Source of the DNA: Bacilli bacterium | GTDB lineage: Bacteria; Bacillota_I; Bacilli_A; RFN20; CAG-288 | Assembly: GCA_017470005.1 (NCBI GenBank) | Contig: JAFUFH010000036.1 | Span: 4,241-68,240, forward strand | Length of the DNA stretch: 64,000 nt | Reading direction: 5' to 3' | Shown here: in pieces, positions 37,739 to 46,395 of the stretch | How the letters are laid out: each line of letters begins with the position of its first letter | Numbering within the stretch: the first letter of the stretch is position 1 | Position numbers and translations under genes: made by a program | Notes under the pieces: generated by a model | What the model was told of the DNA's origin: nothing | Databases searched by the model: none | What the model saw: the letters and a program-made list of their open reading frames with translations, nothing else

Positions 37739-37760
37739 CATATGAACAGTTATTCATATG
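37739..37760. promoter_or_regulatory. 10-2-10 inverted repeat, ArsR/SmtB-type operator-like, abutting the RBS of the heavy-metal ATPase
   Basis: CATATGAACA-GT-TATTCATATG, with 9 of 10 positions symmetric. A further ATATGAA half-site lies at 37724. Confidence 0.5.
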
Positions 37761-37770
37761 AGGTGGATAT

Positions 37771-39783
37771 ATGGCTTGTCATTGTAAAGATTGTGACCTC
37801 GAAATCGAGGAAGAAAAAGAAGAGGAAGAAGAGGAAGAAGAAAGTCGTGTAGACAAGATCTTCACCACATTCAGTTTCCTTCTTGGTGTCGCTTGTTTGA
37901 TTACTGGTTTTATATTGAGTAAAACTGATCCTATATATTCTGACTTTACTTGGTCAGTATTAGCAGATACCAACTTTTATCAATCGAAGAGTTTTGGCGC
38001 TTTCATCCTTTATACTGTAGGTTATATTCCTTTATTACTTCTCTGTTTTAAAAACAGCATCGAAGAAATGAAAGAAGGGGAATACATCAACGAATATACA
38101 TTGATGATTGTTGCTACCATTGGCGCTTATGCTATCGGTGAGTTCCCTGAATGTTTGTTTGTATTGCTATTCGCTATCATTGGAAACTGGTTAGAAACAT
38201 ACGCTACGTCAAAATCTAAGAAGTCCATCAAAAAACTTGTCAATTCCATGCCTTTGTACGCACATTACGTTCAAGAGGATGGAAACATCATAGAAAAAGA
38301 ACCTCAAGAATTATCCATTCATGACCTCATTGAAATCCGACCTGGAGAAAAGATTCCTGTAGATGGTGTGATTGTTAAAGGCAAATCTTCTTTAGACTTA
38401 TCTTCTATCAATGGAGAATCTCTTCCGAAAGACGTTGAAGAAAACACTTTAGTTTATTCTGGTAGTGTCAACTTAGAATCAGTAATTGTTGTTGAAGTAT
38501 TAAAAGAATTCAAAGATTCTACTCTTTCGAAAATTATGGAATTAGTAGAAAAACAACAAAAAAATAAAGCAAAAAGCGAAAAATTCATCACAAAATTTGC
38601 AAAATACTACACTCCTACGGTTATTGTGATTGCTCTTCTTGCCTTCTTGATTGGCTTTGGTTTATCCAACTGGTCCTGGGATGCTGGAGGAAGAACAAGT
38701 CTATTCAATGCATTATCTATCCTCTTAATCTCTTGTCCTTGCGCCTTAGTCATCTCCGTTCCTATCGCTTTCTTTGCTGGAATTGGTGTCGGCTCGAAAA
38801 ACGGAATCTTAATCAAAGGATCTGTCTCTTTAGAAAAGTTAGCAAAAACAAGAACTTTTGTCTTTGATAAAACCGGTACATTGACCACTGGTAATTTCAA
38901 ACTCATCAGCAATCCTAACCAAGAAGCCTTACAAATTGCCGCTAGCTTAGAAAGCAAATCCACTCACCCGTTAGCAAAAGCCGTCTGTGAAGATTACAAA
39001 GGAGAATATCTACCGGTAGAAAACTTCACAAATGTTCCTGGTAAAGGAATCAAAGGAAGTATCAATAACACTGATTATTTAATTGGTACAAAAGACTTTT
39101 TAGTAAACAACAACGTATCTAACATCAAAGAAGTTGTCTCTCCGTTCAAAGTATTATATCTCGGTGTAGAAAATGGTGATTTCTTAGAATCTTTCATCGT
39201 CTCAGACACCTTAAAAGACAATTCAAAAGAAAGCTTTGCTGCTTTAAAAGAACAGAATGTTGATAACCTTATCATTCTTTCTGGAGATGAAGAAGGTATT
39301 GTAAAACAAGTAGGTGAAGACTTAGGAGCAACAAAAGCCTTAGGAAGTCTATTACCCGATGAAAAACTAGAGCACATTCAAAAATGGAAAGAAAATAAGA
39401 ACTTAGTTTCCTTTGTTGGTGATGGTATCAACGATTCTCCTTCTCTCTTAGCTAGTGATATCGGTATCAGTATGGGTTCTTTAGGATCTGATGCCGCTAT
39501 TGAAGCAAGCGATGTTGTCATCACAGATGATAATCTAATGAAAATTCCAGAAGCAAAACGTTTGGCAAAAAGAACCATGTTGATTGTCAAACTTTGTATT
39601 TCGGTATCTATACTTCTCAAGGTTCTCTTCATGGTTCTTGTTCTCACCCAAGTTTTAGGGCCTTTGGCCATGATTATCTCCGCTGTTTCTGATACAGGAG
39701 TCATGGTAATCTGTGTGTTAATCGCAATCAGCTTATTGACGTATAAACCAAAATACAAGGCACAAACAAAAACGCAAAATTAA
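37771..39783 (+). CDS. P1B-type heavy-metal-translocating ATPase (Zn/Cd/Co-type)
   Basis: 670 aa with a CPC motif in the TM helix (LISCPCAL), DKTGTLT, and GDGINDSP. The N-terminus reads MACHCKDC followed by a poly-Glu tract in place of a classical HMA domain. Confidence 0.9.
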   Translation: MACHCKDCDLEIEEEKEEEEEEEESRVDKIFTTFSFLLGVACLITGFILSKTDPIYSDFTWSVLADTNFYQSKSFGAFILYTVGYIPLLLLCFKNSIEEMKEGEYINEYTLMIVATIGAYAIGEFPECLFVLLFAIIGNWLETYATSKSKKSIKKLVNSMPLYAHYVQEDGNIIEKEPQELSIHDLIEIRPGEKIPVDGVIVKGKSSLDLSSINGESLPKDVEENTLVYSGSVNLESVIVVEVLKEFKDSTLSKIMELVEKQQKNKAKSEKFITKFAKYYTPTVIVIALLAFLIGFGLSNWSWDAGGRTSLFNALSILLISCPCALVISVPIAFFAGIGVGSKNGILIKGSVSLEKLAKTRTFVFDKTGTLTTGNFKLISNPNQEALQIAASLESKSTHPLAKAVCEDYKGEYLPVENFTNVPGKGIKGSINNTDYLIGTKDFLVNNNVSNIKEVVSPFKVLYLGVENGDFLESFIVSDTLKDNSKESFAALKEQNVDNLIILSGDEEGIVKQVGEDLGATKALGSLLPDEKLEHIQKWKENKNLVSFVGDGINDSPSLLASDIGISMGSLGSDAAIEASDVVITDDNLMKIPEAKRLAKRTMLIVKLCISVSILLKVLFMVLVLTQVLGPLAMIISAVSDTGVMVICVLIAISLLTYKPKYKAQTKTQN

Positions 39784-39795
39784 ATTTACGCAACC

Positions 39796-39832
39796 AAAAA
39801 CGGCACCTCAATGAAGAGGTGTCGCTTTTTTG
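39796..39832. terminator. Bidirectional terminator
   Basis: CGGCACCTC-AATGAA-GAGGTGTCG followed by TTTTTT, with an A-run on the other side. Confidence 0.75.
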
Positions 39833-39843
39833 TTAATCCGTTT

Positions 39844-40266
39844 TTACTTTGATTCTTCGGGTTGTCCGATGAAACCAGCAACAGCTAAGGCAATGACAGA
39901 GATGACTAAGAAGACAATAGAAGTATAAGTGACTCCGAGAGCTCCATAGAAAGCGTCTGCTCTTTGCATAGGAATGAAGCTATCACCGATGAAGTCTGCT
40001 TTATCATGGATGAAGAAGGCTAAGGCTAAAGCAAGAACGACAGCAGCAACCAATTGAAGAACAATAGCAAGTTTTCCTCCTACCCATTTAGATAAGGAAG
40101 AACCAGCAATAAGTACAGCGGCAACAATGAGGAGAATACCAACAGCGAAGTTGAAGGTAGATCCAGTTAAGTAACCGGTAGTAGAAACAACGAAGAATAA
40201 GATTCCGCTAACGAGAGCGGCGATGGCAGAAAGGCATAATAAACCAGGATAAATGAATTTTTTCAT
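39844..40266 (-). CDS. Small four-TM membrane protein, unknown function
   Basis: 140 aa with four hydrophobic helices. It starts 2 nt after the GH3 stop. Confidence 0.6.
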   Translation of the reverse strand: MKKFIYPGLLCLSAIAALVSGILFFVVSTTGYLTGSTFNFAVGILLIVAAVLIAGSSLSKWVGGKLAIVLQLVAAVVLALALAFFIHDKADFIGDSFIPMQRADAFYGALGVTYTSIVFLVISVIALAVAGFIGQPEESK

Positions 40267-40268
40267 GA

Positions 40269-43200
40269 TTATTTTGCTCCTTTTTCTTTACGGATAAAGC
40301 CGAAATAGACCAAAGATCCAAGACCAGCAAGAGTGGTTAAAGAGAAGACAGAAATCATAACGACATAAGTAACTCTCCACCAAGTAACTTGTTGTTTGAT
40401 GATGGCTTTATAATCGGAAGAAACACCATTTAAGGCATTAGAATTCGCAAGAGAATAGAGGATGTACTTAATATCTTCGTGAATTGCATTTGTTAAGGTA
40501 GCATCACCTTTCAAAGCATCTTCACTCCAATAATCTACTTGAACACCGAATCCGCAGAAAGCAGTAGTTCCATAGAGGATGGATTCTTTAGGGCAAGCTT
40601 TCTTAGTGACACCAGTGAAGTCAGTGACATTGTATCCGTGGAATCCCCACTGTTCTCTCATGATATCTTGAACAACGGCTTTGTTTGCACTACTAGCAAC
40701 AGCACCAATTCTGTTATAAGAAGTCATGACGCCTAAGACTTCATGAGAATAAGAATCCTTCTTTTCTTCGACACCAACCCACTTAGCAGGCATACCTTTC
40801 TTCTCAAAGATATTACCAAGGTTTCTCAATTCTAATTCTCTAGCAGATTGTTCATTGAAGAAGGTGGCAACACCACTTCTATTGATTTCCTGATCGTTGA
40901 AGGCAACGTGTTTGATATTGACTAAACATCCTTTAGATTCCGCACCTTGAACAACAGCACTTCCGACATATCCACTAAGGATAGGATCTTCAGAGAAGTA
41001 TTCACCGCCTCTACCGTTCAATCCGTGTCTATGAAGGTTGACGCCAGGACCGATGATGATGGGGAGTTGGAGAATCAAAGAAGTTTCACCAATGATGATT
41101 TCGCCATTTTCATAAGCGAGTTCTTTGTTGAAAGCGGCAGCAAGGTTTTGTTGAGAAGGACCAACACGAGTACCAGGTTTAGTGGTTTCATAATCTTTAG
41201 CATCCGCATAAGCAACGCCTTGATAGGTACCTTCATCAAAGTAATGGGTATCAGATCCACCAGGGCCGTCATCCGCCTTATCGCCATTGTATCCGACAGA
41301 TTCGATAGGAGCGATATTGTGGAAGGCACTTTGTGCAAAAGCGAGGAATTCCGCGATAGTAACTTTATTCGCTAATTCATCCCATCTTTCATCATCCCAA
41401 GAAGCACCTTTAAGATCGACTAAGTTTAAATCACTCTTCTGACCGAACTTTGCAGTGACTTGTTCCCCAGTCTTAATGGTGTAGAAATCATTGAGGAAGA
41501 CTTTCTTCATCGCATCATTAGGAGTTAAGCCAGAATAAGTCTTAGGATAAGTAGAATTGAAGTCAGATCTAGAGAGATAGTTAACCGTATTAGGCATAAA
41601 GGCATTTAAGTCAGTAGCAAAGTCGCCTTCGCTCAACTTATTGGTAATCTTTGTGCCGTTTGCGGAGAAAGCAAATGTATTGCTATCAAAGTCTCCCCAG
41701 TTCCAAGTATAAACTTTGGAAGCATCACCATTTTCTGTCATACCATCGGCAGTGGTTTTGCCCTGTTTTGCTAAAATATTGTTCAAAGCATCATGAGCAC
41801 CATTACCAGTGGTGAAGTAATAATCGCCAGCATCTAAGATATAAGTCTTTGCAGTCTTGTAGTCATAGCTAGCAAGGTTGCTCATATCAACATGAAGAAC
41901 GACCTCTTCGCTTTCGCCAGCTTTGATAACTCCACTCTTTTCAAAGTCGACCAATTGGATGGCACTCTTTTCAACACCGTTATCCTTATCATATTGTGTA
42001 TAAGGAGTTTGAGCATAGAGTTGGACAGAATGTTTTGCGTCTACAGTACCTGTGTTCTTAACATTGACTTTAACAGTAGCCGTTTTCTTGTCGCCTTTGA
42101 TTTCCACACTAGTGATTTCTTCTTTGAATGTGGTGTAGCTGAGACCATAACCGAAAGGATAAACAACCTCTCTGTTATATCTCCACTCACCATCAGTGGT
42201 AGCAAGACGATAGTCATCTTGTGTCCAAGTGCCAGCTTTAGCGCTCTTGGCACCATTGTTACCGTTAACGATTTCTGCGTAACGAGTTTCAAAATAACGA
42301 TAACCAGTATAGATGCCTTCCGCTTGAACTAAGTAAGAGTTGACGTTATTTCCGTTGATTTCCTCTTCGGTTAAACCAGTCCAAGGAGTCATATCACCAA
42401 AGTTCTTCATTGCAGGGGTGGCTTGAGCGTTAGTGACATGGGTATCTGTTAAGTAAGCACTAGGAGAAACTTTACCGTTTAAAACATCAGCTAAAGCATA
42501 GCATCCATAAGGGCCAGGATATCCCATCCAAAGAATGGCGTCGATGCCATCATCATCTTTGAGTTCTTTGAATTCCATGGTATCCACAGAGTTGATTAAG
42601 ACAATGACTTTGTTGAAGTTTGCTTTTGCTTCTTCAATCAATTGCTTTTCTTCTGTAGAAAGTCCCATGACATTTCCGGTAGAAGTGTTTTGACCTTGAT
42701 CATTGAGTCTATATTCTTTACTTTCACCACCAGGTCTACCGACAACAACGATGGCAGCATCGTTATAATTGGCATATTCACTCTTAAATGCAGGGTTTGC
42801 AGCACTTAATTCCTCTAAGCTGAGTTCATAAACCTTGTCCGTACCAGTGATGCATCCATATTCAGGGCTAGAAGCACCAAAGCCTTGGCTTCCCCAGGCC
42901 TTATCTGCAAAATAGTTTTCGTATGCTTTCTTCATAGAAGGATTGATATTGAATCCTTTTTCTTTAAAAGCATTGTAGATTTCGGTGTGGAAGTTGTCAA
43001 TGGTGTTACGGTCAGCAATAGAACCAGCAGAGTTACCATAAACAGGGGCGTAACTTCTGACACCAAACATCGTAATCTTAGCGTTAGAAGCAATAGGAAG
43101 AGCATTTTCGTTGTTCTTTAAGAGTGCGAAGGTTTCTTCTGCCTCACGAATTGCAAATTCCTTATAGCCTTCCACAGCTTCTTTGGCTGTCTTAAATTTG

Positions 43201-43388
43201 GACTTGAAAGTCCAGGGATCAGAAGCTTCGCCTTCAGAGACTTTTTCATACGTCTTGATTTGACTGACCGTTCCGAAAGTCTGATCCATCTGATTGGTGT
43301 ACTTCTCCATCAAAGTACCGGCGGTAATAGACGCGCCAAGTAAAAAGATTGAGAGAATAGATGCACCATGTAAAATCTTGGGTTTCAT
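40269..43388 (-). CDS. Glycoside hydrolase family 3 (beta-glucosidase/xylosidase-like), membrane-anchored, permuted domain order
   Basis: 1039 aa. GH3 catalytic-domain motifs (KHVAFNDQE, VMTSYNRIG, WGFHGYNVTDF) lie in the C-terminal third. The alpha/beta-sandwich and Fn3-like parts come first. It has an N-terminal signal/anchor and a C-terminal TM helix. Confidence 0.85.
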   Translation of the reverse strand: MKPKILHGASILSIFLLGASITAGTLMEKYTNQMDQTFGTVSQIKTYEKVSEGEASDPWTFKSKFKTAKEAVEGYKEFAIREAEETFALLKNNENALPIASNAKITMFGVRSYAPVYGNSAGSIADRNTIDNFHTEIYNAFKEKGFNINPSMKKAYENYFADKAWGSQGFGASSPEYGCITGTDKVYELSLEELSAANPAFKSEYANYNDAAIVVVGRPGGESKEYRLNDQGQNTSTGNVMGLSTEEKQLIEEAKANFNKVIVLINSVDTMEFKELKDDDGIDAILWMGYPGPYGCYALADVLNGKVSPSAYLTDTHVTNAQATPAMKNFGDMTPWTGLTEEEINGNNVNSYLVQAEGIYTGYRYFETRYAEIVNGNNGAKSAKAGTWTQDDYRLATTDGEWRYNREVVYPFGYGLSYTTFKEEITSVEIKGDKKTATVKVNVKNTGTVDAKHSVQLYAQTPYTQYDKDNGVEKSAIQLVDFEKSGVIKAGESEEVVLHVDMSNLASYDYKTAKTYILDAGDYYFTTGNGAHDALNNILAKQGKTTADGMTENGDASKVYTWNWGDFDSNTFAFSANGTKITNKLSEGDFATDLNAFMPNTVNYLSRSDFNSTYPKTYSGLTPNDAMKKVFLNDFYTIKTGEQVTAKFGQKSDLNLVDLKGASWDDERWDELANKVTIAEFLAFAQSAFHNIAPIESVGYNGDKADDGPGGSDTHYFDEGTYQGVAYADAKDYETTKPGTRVGPSQQNLAAAFNKELAYENGEIIIGETSLILQLPIIIGPGVNLHRHGLNGRGGEYFSEDPILSGYVGSAVVQGAESKGCLVNIKHVAFNDQEINRSGVATFFNEQSARELELRNLGNIFEKKGMPAKWVGVEEKKDSYSHEVLGVMTSYNRIGAVASSANKAVVQDIMREQWGFHGYNVTDFTGVTKKACPKESILYGTTAFCGFGVQVDYWSEDALKGDATLTNAIHEDIKYILYSLANSNALNGVSSDYKAIIKQQVTWWRVTYVVMISVFSLTTLAGLGSLVYFGFIRKEKGAK

Positions 43389-43463
43389 ACAAATATCCTT
43401 TCTTTTTCACTCTTTCGAGTTCGCACGCACATTATAAGGATATGAATAAAAGCCCTTTCAAAA

Positions 43464-43493
43464 CTTGACTTACTTTGCTCTATATTTGACTTA
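43464..43493 (-). promoter_or_regulatory. LytTR-type 9-12-9 direct repeat upstream of the GH3 gene
   Basis: CTTGACTTA (43464..43472), a 12-nt spacer, then TTTGACTTA (43485..43493). On the minus strand the pair spans about -40 to -69 relative to a TATAAT at 43436..43431. Confidence 0.6.
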
Positions 43494-44798
43494 TTTTGTT
43501 ATTCGTTTGTCTTCTAATGGGATCACAATCTTGAGGGTGAACAAGTGATTTACCACATTTGCACTAGTGGTTCCTTTATATTTCTTTGAAACATATTGGA
43601 TAGATTTTAAGCCATATCCATGGAGTCCGTTGTCTTTTTTCGTGGATTGAATATTCTTAATATCAAAATCATCCACATTGTGAGCGTAATTGATACATTC
43701 AATTATTAATAATGATTTATTCTCTCTCACATTTAATTTGATAACGCGATAATCGCCTTCTTCTTTTTCTGTGGCTTCAATGGCATTATCAATCATGTTG
43801 CAGAATAAAGAAACTAAATCGGATTTATCTAAGAATTTTAATGTTTCTCCATCAACAATATAGTTGAATCGAATTCCTTTCGAATTACAAAGTAAACTTT
43901 TCTCTGTCAAAATGATATCCAACGCTTCATAACCTGTTTTAGCAAAACCTTCATATAAATCGATTTGTTTACGCAAGGATTGAATATTGTTTTTCACCTC
44001 ATCCGTAGTACAGGTTTCCATGAACTCTAATTGATGTTTGATATCATGGATTCTAATATTGGTGATTTCTCTGATTTCTTGGGATAATTCGTTTTGTTTA
44101 TTTTGATTCACAATCAATTGTTCCATGGTTGTCACTTCAGAGGCAAGTTTTTCTTTTTGAATTCTATTCTCATAAACTTGAGGAAGAACAAAGAGAAGGG
44201 ATATGCTGACAACACCGCTTAAAATCGCATAAAAACGAAGAGAAAGATTCCATGAATCCACAAACTGTGAGAAGAGGAAATCAGCAAGAATAATTATCGT
44301 TCCAATCGATAATAATGCTACGTTCAATCTTTGGTCGCCAATACGAATTTGGAACCTGTAAAAGAAGAAACCAAACAAACCAGAAACAAACGCGATCAAC
44401 ATGAAATAACTGAAGGAAACTGTCCATCCGATTGGCACTGTTCCTTCTGGCAACATATCTAACGATATCCAAATGATATTCCACACAAGGTTTTGAATAG
44501 CAAAAGCACTGATAGAATACAAGGCGATAAGGGAAACCTTTTCTTTGAACATGAGTAATCCAAAGCCAAATAAGACTAAATCTAGCAAAATATAGCTAAA
44601 ATTCACATTAAACAATGTTAATTCCGGTAAGAAGTAACAAGGAATTGCAACCAAAAGGGCAACAATATAATAAATCCAGAAATACTTCTTCTTTTTTAAC
44701 GGGATTGTGATACAAAAGAAGGGAATAAGAAGTTCTAAATAAAACTGTGCGTTCTTCAAAAGAACTAGATATTGAAAGAAGGTGCTATTCTCTAACAT
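43491..44798 (-). CDS. Sensor histidine kinase, AgrC/ComD-like (HPK10, GHKL ATPase) with polytopic N-terminal domain
   Basis: 435 aa with ~6 TM helices, an H-box (RIHDIKHQLEF), and a C-terminal GHKL ATPase with an N-box (NMIDNAIEA). It overlaps the RR stop by 1 nt. Confidence 0.85.
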   Translation of the reverse strand: MLENSTFFQYLVLLKNAQFYLELLIPFFCITIPLKKKKYFWIYYIVALLVAIPCYFLPELTLFNVNFSYILLDLVLFGFGLLMFKEKVSLIALYSISAFAIQNLVWNIIWISLDMLPEGTVPIGWTVSFSYFMLIAFVSGLFGFFFYRFQIRIGDQRLNVALLSIGTIIILADFLFSQFVDSWNLSLRFYAILSGVVSISLLFVLPQVYENRIQKEKLASEVTTMEQLIVNQNKQNELSQEIREITNIRIHDIKHQLEFMETCTTDEVKNNIQSLRKQIDLYEGFAKTGYEALDIILTEKSLLCNSKGIRFNYIVDGETLKFLDKSDLVSLFCNMIDNAIEATEKEEGDYRVIKLNVRENKSLLIIECINYAHNVDDFDIKNIQSTKKDNGLHGYGLKSIQYVSKKYKGTTSANVVNHLFTLKIVIPLEDKRITK

Positions 44799-45520
44799 TA
44801 TCGAGTCACCTCCTCGATAAATCCTTTTTTATGGCTTCTAGAAACAGAACAAGTCATTCCGTTCTTCAATCTACAAATATTATCGGTAGGATTATAAGAT
44901 TCCACCATATCTTTATTCACGTAAGTTCCGCTGTTTGCTCGAATTAATTCTGTGCCTTGTAATTCTTTTTCAATCTCTTTTAAAGCACCTCTATAACTCA
45001 GTTTTTGTTCATCCCCATTGTTATCATAATAGAAGATAGTGACATCATGTTGGACCATGCTGATTGTCACAATGTTCTTTGTGCTTAATCGATAAGTTCC
45101 CGCCTTTGTTTTCACTACCAAAACCTCATCTTTATTGTGTTCTAATACATCTAAGGCTTTGGTTAAGGAAATATAGACATCGTGATAGGATACTGGTTTC
45201 AAACAGAAATCTAGGGCATTCACTTTATATCCTTGTATCGCAAATTGAGCCATATTGGTAACAAAAATAATGATTTGATTATCACTGTTTTCGTTTCGAA
45301 GTTTCTTAGCCAAATCCATGCCATTGATTCCCGGCATTTCAATATCTAAAAAAATTAAAGAATACTGTTCTTTTTTCTCTAAAAAGTCAAATCCATTCAA
45401 AAATACATCTAAAACATAATCTTCTTTATTTTCTAAAAAGAAATCTTTGATATGTTTTTCTAATACCTTAGCGTCCTCGATTTCGTTTTCAACAATAGCA
45501 ATCGTTATTTTCTTTTCCAT
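44798..45520 (-). CDS. LytR/AlgR (LytTR DNA-binding) response regulator
   Basis: 240 aa with a receiver domain (FLDIEMPGINGMD) and a C-terminal LytTR domain. Confidence 0.9.
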   Translation of the reverse strand: MEKKITIAIVENEIEDAKVLEKHIKDFFLENKEDYVLDVFLNGFDFLEKKEQYSLIFLDIEMPGINGMDLAKKLRNENSDNQIIIFVTNMAQFAIQGYKVNALDFCLKPVSYHDVYISLTKALDVLEHNKDEVLVVKTKAGTYRLSTKNIVTISMVQHDVTIFYYDNNGDEQKLSYRGALKEIEKELQGTELIRANSGTYVNKDMVESYNPTDNICRLKNGMTCSVSRSHKKGFIEEVTR

Positions 45521-45549
45521 ACGAATATTATAAATAGAATTTTGAATTT

Positions 45550-45586
45550 AAAAAAGGAAAGAGATAAATAAACACCCTTTCCTTTC
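45550..45586 (-). terminator. Probable terminator after the 69-aa gene
   Basis: Minus-strand AAAGGAAAG, a 15-nt loop, CTTTCCTTT, then TTTAAATT. The loop is long and the U-tract weak. Confidence 0.4.
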
Positions 45587-45601
45587 TAATTGTTAGTTAA
45601 A

Positions 45602-45811
45602 TTACTCGTTGTCGTAGATTAAGACAACATCATTGGATTGACAGTCAATTAATTCTCCAACCGATCCATCCGCTTGGAAGAATTGAACTTTGCAAGTTTC
45701 CCCGCTTTCTGCCACCCACAATACGGTTCCTCTTGTTCCTTTGGCGACAATGGTTCCCATACCTGTGATGATGGTATCTTTTGCTTTTACTGCATCTCTA
45801 ACACCTAGCAT
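45602..45811 (-). CDS. Small hypothetical protein (69 aa), beta-rich
   Basis: The ORF has a GAGGAGGG RBS and lies 35 nt downstream of the ArsR gene. No confident family. Confidence 0.55.
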   Translation of the reverse strand: MLGVRDAVKAKDTIITGMGTIVAKGTRGTVLWVAESGETCKVQFFQADGSVGELIDCQSNDVVLIYDNE

Positions 45812-45846
45812 ACAATATCCCTCCTCTTATTTATGAGAAAAGTTGT

Positions 45847-46209
45847 TTATTTATTTTTTGCTCTTCTATCTCGGTATAATTCTTCATCTTTTTCCGAGAC
45901 GTGTTCTAATCCAGTTTTGAATAAATCTTTGATGTGATTATCGGTCAAACCATAGACCACTTGTTTGCCTTTACGATAGTAAGTGACAATGTCGTGATCT
46001 CTTAATACCGCGAGTTGGTGGGAGATTCTACTTTGAGACATTCCCATAATTTCCGCAATATCATTCACGCAAAGATCATATTCTGTCAATAAAGCGATGA
46101 TAGCTAATCTTGTTCTATCGGCAAATAAAGAATAAAAATCCGAAAGCTTTGCATAGGAAGCTTCTTCTAACATCTCTTGCTGAATCTTTTCTAAATCTTT
46201 GTTTTCCAT
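45847..46209 (-). CDS. ArsR/SmtB family metalloregulator
   Basis: 120 aa with a winged HTH (LFADRTRLAIIALL, NDIAEIMGMSQSRISHQLAVLRD). Possible alpha5-type ligands lie in LTDNHIKDLFKTGLEH. Confidence 0.85.
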   Translation of the reverse strand: MENKDLEKIQQEMLEEASYAKLSDFYSLFADRTRLAIIALLTEYDLCVNDIAEIMGMSQSRISHQLAVLRDHDIVTYYRKGKQVVYGLTDNHIKDLFKTGLEHVSEKDEELYRDRRAKNK

Positions 46210-46395
46210 GCTTATATTATAACCTTTTTGCCAAAATAGTCTTCAGTATTTTACGTTTGTTGGAGTGAATTTTGTTCTCCTTCCTCTCATACGCGCGCTT
46301 GCCTGCGCGTTATTATACAAACTTTAACTTTAAAAAGACGTTATATTATTATAAAATAATATAAGTATGCTTGATATTTATTTATAGGAGACACT

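Noticed and set aside
37813-37845. The GAA/GAG purine repeat in the ATPase N-terminus as a phase-variation (slipped-strand) switch.
   Set aside because: The repeat unit is a codon triplet and is imperfect. Slippage would change the length of the acidic tract and would not shift the frame.
45521-45532. A leaderless mRNA for the LytTR response regulator (TATAAT ending 6 nt before the ATG, no Shine-Dalgarno).
   Set aside because: The -35 region is poor and TATAAT-like hexamers are frequent in this AT-rich DNA. The idea is suggestive but not supportable without 5'-end mapping.
46210-46395. Possible oriC next to yaaA-recF-gyrBA.
   Set aside because: No DnaA-box consensus (TTATCCACA or TGTGGATAA) and no dnaA or dnaN in the window. 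AT-richness alone is not diagnostic in this genome.
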